A DNA stretch of 64,000 nucleotides from an uncultured Pseudomonadota bacterium (GTDB lineage Bacteria; Pseudomonadota; Alphaproteobacteria; RF32; CAG-239), in assembly GCA_902763905.1 (NCBI GenBank), contig CACWUA010000009.1:808-64807 (forward strand). The letters run 5' to 3'. Below the pieces are notes generated by a model. The model worked only from the letters and a program-made list of their open reading frames with translations, did not search any database and was not told the origin of the DNA. The first letter of the stretch is position 1. Each line of letters starts with the position of its first letter. Below, piece after piece: positions 18,301 through 27,281 of this stretch. Position numbers and translations under genes: made by a program.

Positions 18301-18425
18301 AAATGCGCATGATTGTTAGAAAATTGCTTAAAAAATATAAATATCCTCCGGAAGGAGTGGAAGATGCTGTCCAAACAGTAATGACGCAGTGCGAATTGTG
18401 GGCAGATAATGTAATGGCTGTATAA
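15378..18425 (+). CDS. hsdR: Type I RM restriction endonuclease/helicase subunit HsdR
   Basis: 1015 aa. Walker A HTQGSGKS. DEAH box MADEAHRGQYG. Helicase C-terminal motifs. Confidence 0.95.
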   Translation: MTYTNPVNEEAYENSIIELFQELGYTHVYGPDVEDRDFTSPLYEPVLINALHQINPKLPEEAINEALFKLKNFENAELTQKNALFMDYLQNGITVHYTEKGEPRDTLVYLIDYEKPDNNSFIVANQWTFVENSEKRPDVLLFINGLPLVLMELKSPSREETDASEAYRQIQNYKHEIPSMFVYNAICVMSDLAVSKAGTITSDETRFMEWKTVDGSYENTKYAQFDTFFNGIFEKSRLLDILKNFICFSNENKGAAKILAGYHQYFAVKKAIESTKHATQTDGKGGVFWHTQGSGKSLSMVFYAHLLQSALNSPTIVVITDRNDLDDQLYTQFSKCKDFLRQEPVQATSRAHLKQLLDGIKANGIFFTTMQKFEESPEPLSERRNIIVMADEAHRGQYGLSEKIDKDGNIKVGTARIIRNSLPNATYIGFTGTPLSLDDRNTREVFGDYIDIYDMTQAVEDGATRPVYYESRVIKLHLKPEILQLIDAEYDLMAQNADPEVIEKSKKQLGQMETILSDDDTINSLVCDILDHYENYRENLLTGKAMIVAYSRPIALKIYHRILELRPAWKNKVAVVMTSDNKDPEDWRAIIGNKSHKEELARKFKDNSDPLKIAIVVDMWLTGFDVPSLSTMYVYKPMEGHNLMQAIARVNRVFEDKEGGLVVDYIGIASALKKAMNDYTIRDRKNYGNMDIATTAFNKFKEKLQVCRDLLHGFDYSEFATGTNLVRAKLISGAANFIIDREKNKEKDAFIKQALMLHQALSLCSSIVEEGLRIEAAFIEAVRIMILRFTESGGHKKISLPEMNKRINELLEKSIKSDGVINLFSDIKEEFSLFDPKFLEEISKMKEKNLAVELLKKLIAEQISIYRHTNVVRSEKFSEMIQEAMNRYLNGMLTNEQVIEELLNLAKQIASAQKEGEDLGLNAEEAAFYDALTKPEAVKDFYENDELIAITKELTETLRKNKTIDFQKREPARAKMRMIVRKLLKKYKYPPEGVEDAVQTVMTQCELWADNVMAV

Positions 18426-18883
18426 TGATCAAAGTTTTGTTTGTATGTTTGGGAAATATTTGTCGGTCGCCGATGGCGGATTTTGTGTTTAAACAAATGG
18501 TCGCCGCAAAGGGGCTGTCGGAGCAGTTTTATATTGATTCTGCCGCCACCGAGCGCTTTAACGAAATGTGCCACGCCGGCATTCATCACGGCACCCGCGA
18601 CAAGCTGAAAGCCATGCAAATTCCGTTCGAGGAGCATTATTCGCGGCAAATTCGCCCGCGCGACTACGTGTATTTCGACTACATTATCGCGATGGACGAT
18701 AGTAATATTGATGACATTTTGGAGATTGTCGGACCGGATACGGAGCGCAAAATTTATCGCCTGCTTGATTTTACGGACCATCCGCGCAATATCCGCGATC
18801 CATGGTATACCGGCAATTTTGACGAGAGCTATGATGATATCAGCGAGGGTTGTCAGGCGTTTTTGGAATATTTAAATCTATAA
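18425..18883 (+). CDS. Low-molecular-weight protein-tyrosine phosphatase
   Basis: P-loop VLFVCLGNICRSPMA (CX5R-S) and the DPWY acid loop. The ATG overlaps the hsdR TAA by 1 nt. Confidence 0.85.
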   Translation: MIKVLFVCLGNICRSPMADFVFKQMVAAKGLSEQFYIDSAATERFNEMCHAGIHHGTRDKLKAMQIPFEEHYSRQIRPRDYVYFDYIIAMDDSNIDDILEIVGPDTERKIYRLLDFTDHPRNIRDPWYTGNFDESYDDISEGCQAFLEYLNL

Positions 18884-18974
18884 TAGAAAAAATTTTTAAT
18901 ATTCCTTATTGCATTTTTAGTATTTAGCATATTAAAATACATCCTGTACTTAACATCATTGATAAGGTTGGACT

Positions 18975-19898
18975 ATGTCAGATTTAAAGCTGTTTAATAT
19001 CAAAAGTGGCAAAGCTGTTGAGCTCAATAGCTTAATTGTTAGCAAAGAGCGTAATATTCAAAGGATTGTAGAAGAAAATAGCGATATACTATTGAATGTA
19101 CGCTTTTTGAAAAGTGAGCATGCTTTCAAAGCAGAAGATGGACATAATGCTCGTATTGATACTTTAGGTCTTGATGAAAATAATTGTCCTGTGATTATTG
19201 AATATAAGAGAGATGGCAAAGATACGGTTATCAATCAAGGTTTATTTTACATGGATTGGTTGGTAAAGCACCCCAAGGATTTTGCTTGGTTAGTATTAGA
19301 AAAGTTTGGGAAGAAAGTTGCTGATGATATCGACTGGTCTCAACCACGTTTAATTTGTATTGCACAAGATTTTAGTCGTTATGATGAATTTGCAATCAAA
19401 CAGATGCAAAAAAATATTGATTTAATGCGCTATCGTATATATGAGAATGACCTCTTACTATTTGAATTAGTCAATAGTTCTAGCGACGAAAATAATAAGT
19501 CTACTACTAACAGTATGTTAAAAAAAGAACATAGCACCAATAAAAAAGTTAAAACGGTAATAGATAAATTAGATGCGGCATCTTCAGATATTAAGTCCCT
19601 ATATAATGAATTGGATGATTATCTCCTGTCTTTAGGGGATGATGTTCAAAAGAAGGTTCTAATGCATTATATTGCCTATAGGCGGTTGAAAAATTTTGCC
19701 TCTGTGCAATTTAATAAAAACGAAATACAAATATATGTCAATGTTGATGCGGAAACAATTAATTTAGAAAAAGGTTTTACGCGTGACGTTCGTAATCTTG
19801 GGCATCTTGGAACAGGAAAATTGGAAATAACAATTAAGAATTTAGCGGAATTAGAAAAAGCAAAACCTTTGATAGAGAAAAGTTTAACTCGATCATGA
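18975..19898 (+). CDS. PD-(D/E)xK (NucS/DUF91-like) N-terminal domain protein with a DUF5655-like C-terminal half
   Basis: RIDTLGLDENNCPVIIEYKR gives a D...E-x-K pattern. The C-terminal HYIAYRRLKNFASVQFNKNEIQIYVNV pattern was recalled from memory. Confidence 0.5.
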   Translation: MSDLKLFNIKSGKAVELNSLIVSKERNIQRIVEENSDILLNVRFLKSEHAFKAEDGHNARIDTLGLDENNCPVIIEYKRDGKDTVINQGLFYMDWLVKHPKDFAWLVLEKFGKKVADDIDWSQPRLICIAQDFSRYDEFAIKQMQKNIDLMRYRIYENDLLLFELVNSSSDENNKSTTNSMLKKEHSTNKKVKTVIDKLDAASSDIKSLYNELDDYLLSLGDDVQKKVLMHYIAYRRLKNFASVQFNKNEIQIYVNVDAETINLEKGFTRDVRNLGHLGTGKLEITIKNLAELEKAKPLIEKSLTRS

Positions 19899-20147
19899 TT
19901 TTTTAGATTTCCTCTTCTGATATTCCGCTTTTAGTTCGGTTTCGCATTGTTTATATCGGGCGACCATTTGTTCCAGCTTATGTCGCACGCGGAATAAACG
20001 GTCCTGTGACTTTATCGGTAGCGGATTGACGTAGGCCTGCTTTAACAGCGTTTCAATTTGAGTTAAGGTTCTGCCGGCATTATAATACAACATCCGAAAA
20101 GTTGTCCGGTTGCTCGGCTCAATTTCTTCGTATCGCTTCATTTTCAT
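19893..20147 (-). CDS. Hypothetical 84-aa helical protein
   Basis: Its start overlaps the stop of the upstream 101-aa gene by 4 nt (ATGA). Confidence 0.4.
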   Translation of the reverse strand: MKMKRYEEIEPSNRTTFRMLYYNAGRTLTQIETLLKQAYVNPLPIKSQDRLFRVRHKLEQMVARYKQCETELKAEYQKRKSKKS

Positions 20148-20449
20148 GGCTCAACTCCCATATATCGGCAGTAACTCGACCCGGACGGATCCACATAAAG
20201 TGTCGGCCGGCCGGCGCATTTTAATTCGACTACTTGGCGGTGGTTTTCGTTATCATAACCGCCTTTGCCGGATAAAAAGATGTAATCGTCAAGTGGCGCT
20301 CGGCATATTGCATCATACCAGACCGGAGGCAGGTTGACTATTTCCGCTACCGTCACTTCTTCGGCCTGATTGTTATAGCGCTGGCATAACTCCGTTACTT
20401 CGTCGATGTCTGAGGGCTTCCTGACCATATAAATTTTTACTGTTTTCAT
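20144..20449 (-). CDS. Hypothetical 101-aa protein
   Basis: Start moved to MKTVKIYMV, which has an AAGGA RBS. No motif recognised. Confidence 0.45.
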   Translation of the reverse strand: MKTVKIYMVRKPSDIDEVTELCQRYNNQAEEVTVAEIVNLPPVWYDAICRAPLDDYIFLSGKGGYDNENHRQVVELKCAGRPTLYVDPSGSSYCRYMGVEP

Positions 20450-20835
20450 GGTTTTTCCTTTCGTTACAACCCAATGAATGCTTGGAAATGGGGCAATATC
20501 AAGTACAATATGACGTTTGTTGCACAATTCTTCAAAATTTCAGAGAAATACTGATTTTTTGAGCGGCTGTATTGGGCATACAGTGCGAGGAAAATTGGTG
20601 TTTATATGAAATTTTGAAGTTTGCCCTTCGGGTTTGCCTGCAAAAGTGTTCTGCTTTGTCATTAAACTTGAAAATATGCTCTATATTCTCGGCGTTTAAC
20701 TCCGCGCATAACGCTTTTGCAGAGCAAATGCAACAATGTTATACTGCACTTGGTATTGCCCATCAGTCCAGTGAAATAGGTAAAAAAATGCAGATTTTCT
20801 ATAGCCCGCCATCGTTTTTGGAAAGTATGCTTTTT

Positions 20836-22866
20836 TTATTTATACAAATAGTGCAACAGACTTGCATCATGTAAGGCATCTGCATCATAAAGTATTGAAA
20901 TTTCTTCATCCGGTGTAAATTGCGGAATTTTCCCATAATTTACATAATTATGTAATTTTATGAGAGCTTCATTTCTAACACTTTTTCCGAATTCGGGAGC
21001 CGGACCGTTTGTTTTTAACATATATGTATGAATTTCAAGCAAATAATTATCATCAATCAAATCCAGCACTCCGTTTGTTTTCTTATCTTTTTTAAGTGTA
21101 GCATAGATTCTTTTAGCTTGATTGGCAACTTGCGGAGCGTGTATTTCTTCAGGAATAACAAACCACTTTCTCTTTAATAAGCCTAAACCAATACTTTCAT
21201 AAGATGAAAGTGATGCCAGCGGAATAGAAAACATCAATCCGATGGTAATCGGCAAAATCCAATAAAAAAGCGAATTAAGCTGAAAATAGACGAGCAAGGT
21301 TGTTGCAATTCCTAAAATCGTGTGTCCGATATATCTGTTGAAGGCAGTTTTCCAATTTGTTCGCCCGTCACGATTTTGTGTACTCCAACCGGAATCCTTG
21401 CCAGACAGAATTTCCAAAACTATTTTTGTTTGCGAAACCATCATAATCGGCGCAATTAAGGCCGAAAACAAAATTTCAAATATAAAGCTTTTTATTGCTC
21501 CGAAAACTCCTCCTATTTCTACCTTTTTATAATTTTTAATATATATTATCAAACCAAGAAATTTCGGAAAAATCAGCATAAACATTGAAATTGCAAATAA
21601 TGTAATAGTTCCCATTTTGTTGAAAATGGGCCAATTGGGAAATAATGTTTCCTCCACTGGAAAATATTCAGGAGGAAAATAAATTCGTCCTAAGGCTACT
21701 AAAATGCCAAAAATTAAAAACGAAAACCATAAAGGAGAAGATAGATATGACATAATCCCTATTGTAAAATGTATACGGCTTATCGGATGAATATGCTTAG
21801 AAAACAAAATTTTTAAGTGTTGTATATTACCCTGACACCATCTTCTATCCCTAATTGTAAAGTCTAACATACTTGGAGGGCATTCTTCATAGCTACCGGA
21901 TAATTCCGGTACCAACCAGGCAAACCAACCTCCGCGTCTGATGAGGGCTGCCTCCACAAAATCATGACTCATTATATATCCGCCAAACGGTTTAGGACCT
22001 TTCAATACCGGCAGACCGCAACAGTTTATGAATGCCTGCACCCTTATAATAGCATTATGTCCCCAATAATTACTATCATGTACTTGCCAAAAACTGGAGC
22101 CGACAGCGACAATCGGTCCATATACTTTTCCGGCAAATTGCTGAATGCGAGAGAATAATGATTTACTGTTAATACACAATGGAGGCACCTGAATAATACC
22201 TGCGGTTTCATTAACCTCCATAAGTTGCGACATTTTAACAATTGTTTCACCACTTAATAAACTGTCTGCATCTAATACTACCATAAAATCATATAAGGCG
22301 CCCCATTTGTGGCAAAAATCCTCAATATTACCGCTTTTACGCGCAATATTTTTTGAGCGTCTTCGATAATAAAGATTGATGTCATCAGGCATTTGTTTAC
22401 GTGCATTAATCCAAGTATTTTCTTCTTCAATCCAAATTTTAGGATTATTAGTATCACTCAAGATATAAAAATCATAGGCTTTTGCCTGACCGGTACGTTC
22501 AATTGACTGCGCCATTGACACAATATTAGCAAAAACTCTTTTTGAATCTTCATTATATATCGGCATTAAAACAGCTGTTCTGGTAGAAAGAGCAGAATCC
22601 TTTTCAGGCCAGTTTAACCCTGCTTGATTTTTATATCGTAATAATTCAATAAAACCACAAACGCTTGACCAGAAAAACATTGATATCCATGCCGTAGTAA
22701 GCATATACAATAGCGTCAATATAAACTTGACAGTTATTGAGGATTCGCTTGGCATATATAGCGTCCACTTGAATGTTAAATAGGCAGTGGTCAAAGCCAT
22801 CAGACCGAAAATAATAATTCGGCGCCATTTAATTGTTGATTCTGTAATTAAGCGAGTTTTAAACAC
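20836..22866 (-). CDS. opgH: Osmoregulated periplasmic glucan glucosyltransferase OpgH (MdoH)
   Basis: 676 aa. GT2 motifs VVLDADSLL and RDRRWCQGN. Multiple TM helices. Confidence 0.9.
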   Translation of the reverse strand: MFKTRLITESTIKWRRIIIFGLMALTTAYLTFKWTLYMPSESSITVKFILTLLYMLTTAWISMFFWSSVCGFIELLRYKNQAGLNWPEKDSALSTRTAVLMPIYNEDSKRVFANIVSMAQSIERTGQAKAYDFYILSDTNNPKIWIEEENTWINARKQMPDDINLYYRRRSKNIARKSGNIEDFCHKWGALYDFMVVLDADSLLSGETIVKMSQLMEVNETAGIIQVPPLCINSKSLFSRIQQFAGKVYGPIVAVGSSFWQVHDSNYWGHNAIIRVQAFINCCGLPVLKGPKPFGGYIMSHDFVEAALIRRGGWFAWLVPELSGSYEECPPSMLDFTIRDRRWCQGNIQHLKILFSKHIHPISRIHFTIGIMSYLSSPLWFSFLIFGILVALGRIYFPPEYFPVEETLFPNWPIFNKMGTITLFAISMFMLIFPKFLGLIIYIKNYKKVEIGGVFGAIKSFIFEILFSALIAPIMMVSQTKIVLEILSGKDSGWSTQNRDGRTNWKTAFNRYIGHTILGIATTLLVYFQLNSLFYWILPITIGLMFSIPLASLSSYESIGLGLLKRKWFVIPEEIHAPQVANQAKRIYATLKKDKKTNGVLDLIDDNYLLEIHTYMLKTNGPAPEFGKSVRNEALIKLHNYVNYGKIPQFTPDEEISILYDADALHDASLLHYLYK

Positions 22867-22889
22867 TCTAAATCTCCTGATAATACTGA

Positions 22890-23282
22890 TTATTTATGCA
22901 ATGCAATAGGCTCTATTTTCTGAGTTGGAATAACTGATACTTTGTAATAAGGAACAATAAAAAATGCTGATTTCTTAAAATATTCATCGCTTTTATCAAA
23001 ATCAGGTAATAGCGCATCAATTCCGTACTTCTCAGCATTTTTGCCTTCAATAAACAGAGCTTTATACAAAGCTACAGACTGCATTTTGGATAAATCTTTA
23101 GAAAAAACTTTTTTAGCTTTGCTATAGATTATATCATCAAATGACTTGCTTATATCATCTTGCTGGTTCAAACTTTCATATGAAGCCAAAAGCTTGGAAA
23201 TATCAATATCAGCACCATACCCCAGTCCTCTTAAATAAGCTTTTATGATATCATCACGCGAATGAACTCTTATTTTAACCAT
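22890..23282 (-). CDS. Hypothetical protein between opgG and opgH
   Basis: Start placed at MVKIRV with a GGAG RBS 6 nt upstream. It overlaps the opgG stop. Confidence 0.5.
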   Translation of the reverse strand: MVKIRVHSRDDIIKAYLRGLGYGADIDISKLLASYESLNQQDDISKSFDDIIYSKAKKVFSKDLSKMQSVALYKALFIEGKNAEKYGIDALLPDFDKSDEYFKKSAFFIVPYYKVSVIPTQKIEPIALHK

Positions 23283-24829
23283 TGATAGCTCCATACTTCA
23301 GAAATAGTTTTTCCGTTTTGCTCCAGCGATATTCTAATTTCATCATTGTCGCTATGCGGAGAATAATCTACATATACCGTAATTCCTTTTGTTATAGGGT
23401 TATATATTGCACTGACATTGATTATTTTGCCACTGATTGCAGAAACATTAGGAGTAATACCTTTTTGGGAAAAATCAGAACCTAAATTTTTACCTGTAAA
23501 ATCTATAACAAATTTTCTGGTTTCGGAAATACCCTCTGTTCCGGAAATTCCTCCTTGTCCTGTTCTTGTTGCAGAAACATAAGCAATATCTTCTTCTTTC
23601 ATCACATCATTGAGCCAAATCAAACGATAAGAAAATTTATATTCTTTTGCTGCTTCAATAGGTGTTTTCGGTACCCAATAGGCTACAATATTATCATGGA
23701 TCTCTTGGCGAGACGGAATTTCTACAAGTTGCACAATACCTTCATTCCAATTTTCAAGAGGCTCAACCCAAGCACTCGGGCGACTTTGATAATTTGCTTC
23801 AAAATCCTGATAATTTGATAAGTCTCTATCTCGTTGCAACAAGCCAAATCCTTTCACTCCATTATCAACAAAACTGCTGATACGTAATTTTTTAGAATTA
23901 TCAAGCGGACGCCATAACCACTCACCATGACCATTATGGACCAATAATCCATCACTATCATGAACTTCTAGGCGAAAATCGTCAAAATCGCTTTTGTTAT
24001 TTTCACCAAACAAAAACATTGATGTCAAGGGAGCAATTCCTATTTTTTGAATATTTTCACGCGGAAACAAATGAGCTTCGATATTCATAATTGTATTAGC
24101 ACCAGGAATAATTTCAAAGCTATAAGCTCCACTCACACTTTTACTATCTAATAGGGCATATAAGGTAATTACTTTGTCTTTAGTTTTTGGTTTTTGCAAC
24201 CAAAATTCTTTAAAAATAGGAAATTCTTCTCCAATCATTTCCGCAGTGTTAATTGCTAATCCACGAGCGGATAAACCATATTTTTGCCCCTTTGCTAAAC
24301 CGCGAAAATAACTGGCTCCCAAAAAAGTTACCAACTCGTCATAATATGCTGATGTATTGAGCGGACTATGAATTCTAAAACCTGCATAACCTAAAATTTC
24401 ATCATCATTTTCATTAAATTTATTGTTTCCGTAGTCAAAATATTTGGCTGAAAAATTGATTGGTTTTGAAACGTTATTGACAACCTCATTTATTTTAACC
24501 GGAATCTTAAAAATACTTCCTAAATGAAAAAACTGAACTTCATACGGCAATTTTTGATTATACCAAGGCCCCGCTTCTCTTACAAAGCGAATATCACGAT
24601 ATTGGTCATATGACAGATTTAACAATTCTGAAGAGCCAATTGTATCTGGTACAGCATAAGGCATTTTTGATAATTGTTTAGCCTTATCAATAACATTCTG
24701 AAATGAAAAATTTGTAACCACTAAATTCGGGGGCGTCTTATCTGTAATTTGTCTGTAATAAATCAAGCCGTAATAACAACAAAAACAAAGAATAATGCTT
24801 AGTAAACAAATCAAAAAATTTTTTAACAT
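23270..24829 (-). CDS. opgG: Periplasmic glucan biosynthesis protein OpgG/OpgD (MdoG family)
   Basis: 519 aa. N-terminal signal/anchor. MdoG-like sequence throughout (AGFRIHSPLN, VEIPSRQEIHDNIVAYW). Confidence 0.9.
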   Translation of the reverse strand: MLKNFLICLLSIILCFCCYYGLIYYRQITDKTPPNLVVTNFSFQNVIDKAKQLSKMPYAVPDTIGSSELLNLSYDQYRDIRFVREAGPWYNQKLPYEVQFFHLGSIFKIPVKINEVVNNVSKPINFSAKYFDYGNNKFNENDDEILGYAGFRIHSPLNTSAYYDELVTFLGASYFRGLAKGQKYGLSARGLAINTAEMIGEEFPIFKEFWLQKPKTKDKVITLYALLDSKSVSGAYSFEIIPGANTIMNIEAHLFPRENIQKIGIAPLTSMFLFGENNKSDFDDFRLEVHDSDGLLVHNGHGEWLWRPLDNSKKLRISSFVDNGVKGFGLLQRDRDLSNYQDFEANYQSRPSAWVEPLENWNEGIVQLVEIPSRQEIHDNIVAYWVPKTPIEAAKEYKFSYRLIWLNDVMKEEDIAYVSATRTGQGGISGTEGISETRKFVIDFTGKNLGSDFSQKGITPNVSAISGKIINVSAIYNPITKGITVYVDYSPHSDNDEIRISLEQNGKTISEVWSYQWLK

Positions 24830-25025
24830 CTTGTCCCCGTAATATTATCAACTATTTACATATTTTGGTGTACAATATGCAGATTATTTTCGTTAGTCAA
24901 TAGAAAATACATACTTTAATTTATATATGCGGGAAAAACTTAAAAAATGTCGTTTTTATGTGGAAAAAATACATAAAAATGATTCTAAAGATGTATATGT
25001 TTCTAAATAAATTATAGTAAAATTA

Positions 25026-26183
25026 CTACACGCCTGTTTTAACAATCCCTTTGCCGAATTTGGCTTCCAGCTTGTCCACCAAATGCGAGAGTTTGTCGTC
25101 ATGAGGTTTTACTTCCTCAAACAGCGATTGTTGCACTTCGCCATAGGTCAAATGTGTCAGAGTTACGCCGGTTGAGCGATAAATTAAATTCGGGCGGTAG
25201 AGTTGTTTTAAGATGTTTATGGCGGTCATACGCACCTCTTGGTCGCCGTTGGTTGGGTTGGGCAGTTTCGCCTCAATGGCGAGATATTTGAAGTCTTTGG
25301 TGCGGAGCATAACTTCCACCCCTTGGCAAAAGCCGTTCCACCGCCGTAACTTCTGACACGCCTCGTGAACATGTCGATTTAGTTCGTGTTCCAAATATTC
25401 CAAACTTTGCGTGAAGTCCTCAAAACTGCGGGTAACCTGTATGCTCTGCGGGGCGGTGGGTTCGTTGTTAACCAAAGATGTCGCAACACCGGTCAGCTCA
25501 CTTTTGAGATTTAAGCCGTTGATTCCGAAAGCTTTTCTGATCCAACCGTTTTCTTTCTCCACAAAATCTTTAATCGTGAAAATCCCGCTGAACTTCATGT
25601 GTTCGCTGTTTTTGCGCCCGATACCGCTGACGTCCTCAATCGGCATGCTACCTACAATATCCAATATTTTATCCGGCGGAATAACGAATATGCCGTTGTT
25701 ACTCTTGGCCTTATCACTCGCCAATTTCGCCAGCGTTTTGGAGGTTCCTAACCCGATGGACACCGGAATTCCGACCTTATCCCACACGGTCTTCCGGATA
25801 TTTTTAATAATGTCGGTATAGGTGGAGTGATAGACCTTGTTGAGGCTGGTTAAATCGATAAATGCTTCATCAACCGATGTCACTTCGACATCCGGGCTGA
25901 AAGTTTTTATGGTATCCATTACCTGTTTGGAAATCTCGGTATAGCGGTGGTGGCGCGCCGGAATACAAATCGCGGTCGGAAAGTTCGGTTTAACCTGAAA
26001 ATACGGCTGCCCCATTTTAATCCCGAGTGCTTTGGCTTCTTTGGAACGGGAAACGATAATGCCTTTACTGGTGGCACCAGTCATAACGCACACCGGCTTT
26101 CCTTGCAAATCTGGGTTATCCTTTCGTTCGCAAGAAACGAAAAAGCAGTCGCAATCAACCAAAGCTATAACGTGCTGGCGCAT
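25026..26183 (-). CDS. Y-family DNA polymerase (UmuC/DinB-like)
   Basis: 385 aa. ALVDCDCFFVSCE and SVDEAFIDLT catalytic motifs. GIG HhH motif VSGIGRK. Confidence 0.85.
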   Translation of the reverse strand: MRQHVIALVDCDCFFVSCERKDNPDLQGKPVCVMTGATSKGIIVSRSKEAKALGIKMGQPYFQVKPNFPTAICIPARHHRYTEISKQVMDTIKTFSPDVEVTSVDEAFIDLTSLNKVYHSTYTDIIKNIRKTVWDKVGIPVSIGLGTSKTLAKLASDKAKSNNGIFVIPPDKILDIVGSMPIEDVSGIGRKNSEHMKFSGIFTIKDFVEKENGWIRKAFGINGLNLKSELTGVATSLVNNEPTAPQSIQVTRSFEDFTQSLEYLEHELNRHVHEACQKLRRWNGFCQGVEVMLRTKDFKYLAIEAKLPNPTNGDQEVRMTAINILKQLYRPNLIYRSTGVTLTHLTYGEVQQSLFEEVKPHDDKLSHLVDKLEAKFGKGIVKTGV

Positions 26184-26184
26184 T

Positions 26185-27243
26185 TTACCTCTTCAAAATA
26201 TAGTATGTTCCTTTGGTAGAACCTTGTTTTTCAAGCAAGTCTTTCTTGACGAGATTTTGCACGGTCTTTTTGACGGTCTCGCTGTTTTTGCTTAAAGCCT
26301 CTGCCATTTCTGAAACAGACCAATTTGTTTTATCTTCAAAGAGGTCTAAAACGGCTTGCTCGGCTTTGCTTATTCTCGTTGTGTCCGCTTTCAAAGCTAA
26401 AGCAATTTTATCTTCTAAATGGCGCTTTTGCTTGGCAAGCGAGGTAATAAAGAACGTCAGCCACGGCTCATAATTAACCTTATCGGTCCATATCGTCTTT
26501 TGCGTAGCGCGCAGAGCTCTGTAATATGCGTCTTTGCTTGCTTCAATAATAGATTCCATTGAAGCGTAAGGCATATAATTATAGCCGTTTTGCAGCATAA
26601 GCATTGTCGTTAAAGCGCGTGAAAGCCTGCCGTTGCCGTCTGTAAAAGGGTGTATTGATAAAAAATGCACAACAAACACCCCGATTGTGATAATCGGGTG
26701 AAAATAGCCGTCCTTAAAATTAATATTCGTCCAGTCCACTAATTCCTGCATTAAGCGCGGCGTATCAAAAGGCGTTGCCGTTTCAAAAATTGTACCAATT
26801 TCATTGCCGTCAGCATCAAAGGCTGCCACGCGATTTGAATCTTTTTTATATTCGCCGCGATGACGCTCGTCTTTGTCTGAATACGAAAGCAAGATTTTAT
26901 GCAACTGCCGAATATAATTCTCGGACAGATTGATTTCTTTATAATTCTCAAAAATCGTTGAAAGCAAATCGGCATAGCCGGCGACTTCTTGCTCATCGCG
27001 CGTTTGAAATGACTTTTTGTTGATATGATTAAAGACAGTTTCAACCTCTGTATCATTTAATTTGTTGCCCTCAATACGATTTGACGAGCCGATAGATTCA
27101 ATCGTCGCAATGCGCTTCATGGCTTTTAATTTATCAGGCTTAATCTTTATACCGCCGCTGTTAAACGCCCCGTTAAAAGCATCGATTTCTGCTATTTTCT
27201 TAAGCATATCCGGCGTAATTGTAATATCTGTCATATTCGGCAT
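26185..27243 (-). CDS. Fic-family protein with a C-terminal winged-helix region
   Basis: Canonical motif HPFTDGNGRLSRAL. The stop is 1 nt from the polymerase ATG. Confidence 0.85.
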   Translation of the reverse strand: MPNMTDITITPDMLKKIAEIDAFNGAFNSGGIKIKPDKLKAMKRIATIESIGSSNRIEGNKLNDTEVETVFNHINKKSFQTRDEQEVAGYADLLSTIFENYKEINLSENYIRQLHKILLSYSDKDERHRGEYKKDSNRVAAFDADGNEIGTIFETATPFDTPRLMQELVDWTNINFKDGYFHPIITIGVFVVHFLSIHPFTDGNGRLSRALTTMLMLQNGYNYMPYASMESIIEASKDAYYRALRATQKTIWTDKVNYEPWLTFFITSLAKQKRHLEDKIALALKADTTRISKAEQAVLDLFEDKTNWSVSEMAEALSKNSETVKKTVQNLVKKDLLEKQGSTKGTYYILKR

Positions 27244-27281
27244 TTTAATATCCTTTGCTAATATAACTGACCGATTGCCCT

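Noticed and set aside
18275-18781. 168-aa minus-strand ORF spanning the hsdR / phosphatase junction
   Set aside because: It is antisense to two genes with clear catalytic motifs and has no independent support.
20572-20874. 100-aa plus-strand ORF between the small-gene pair and opgH
   Set aside because: It overlaps the opgH 3' end, has Cys/Leu-rich low-information sequence and no RBS. It is probably intergenic.
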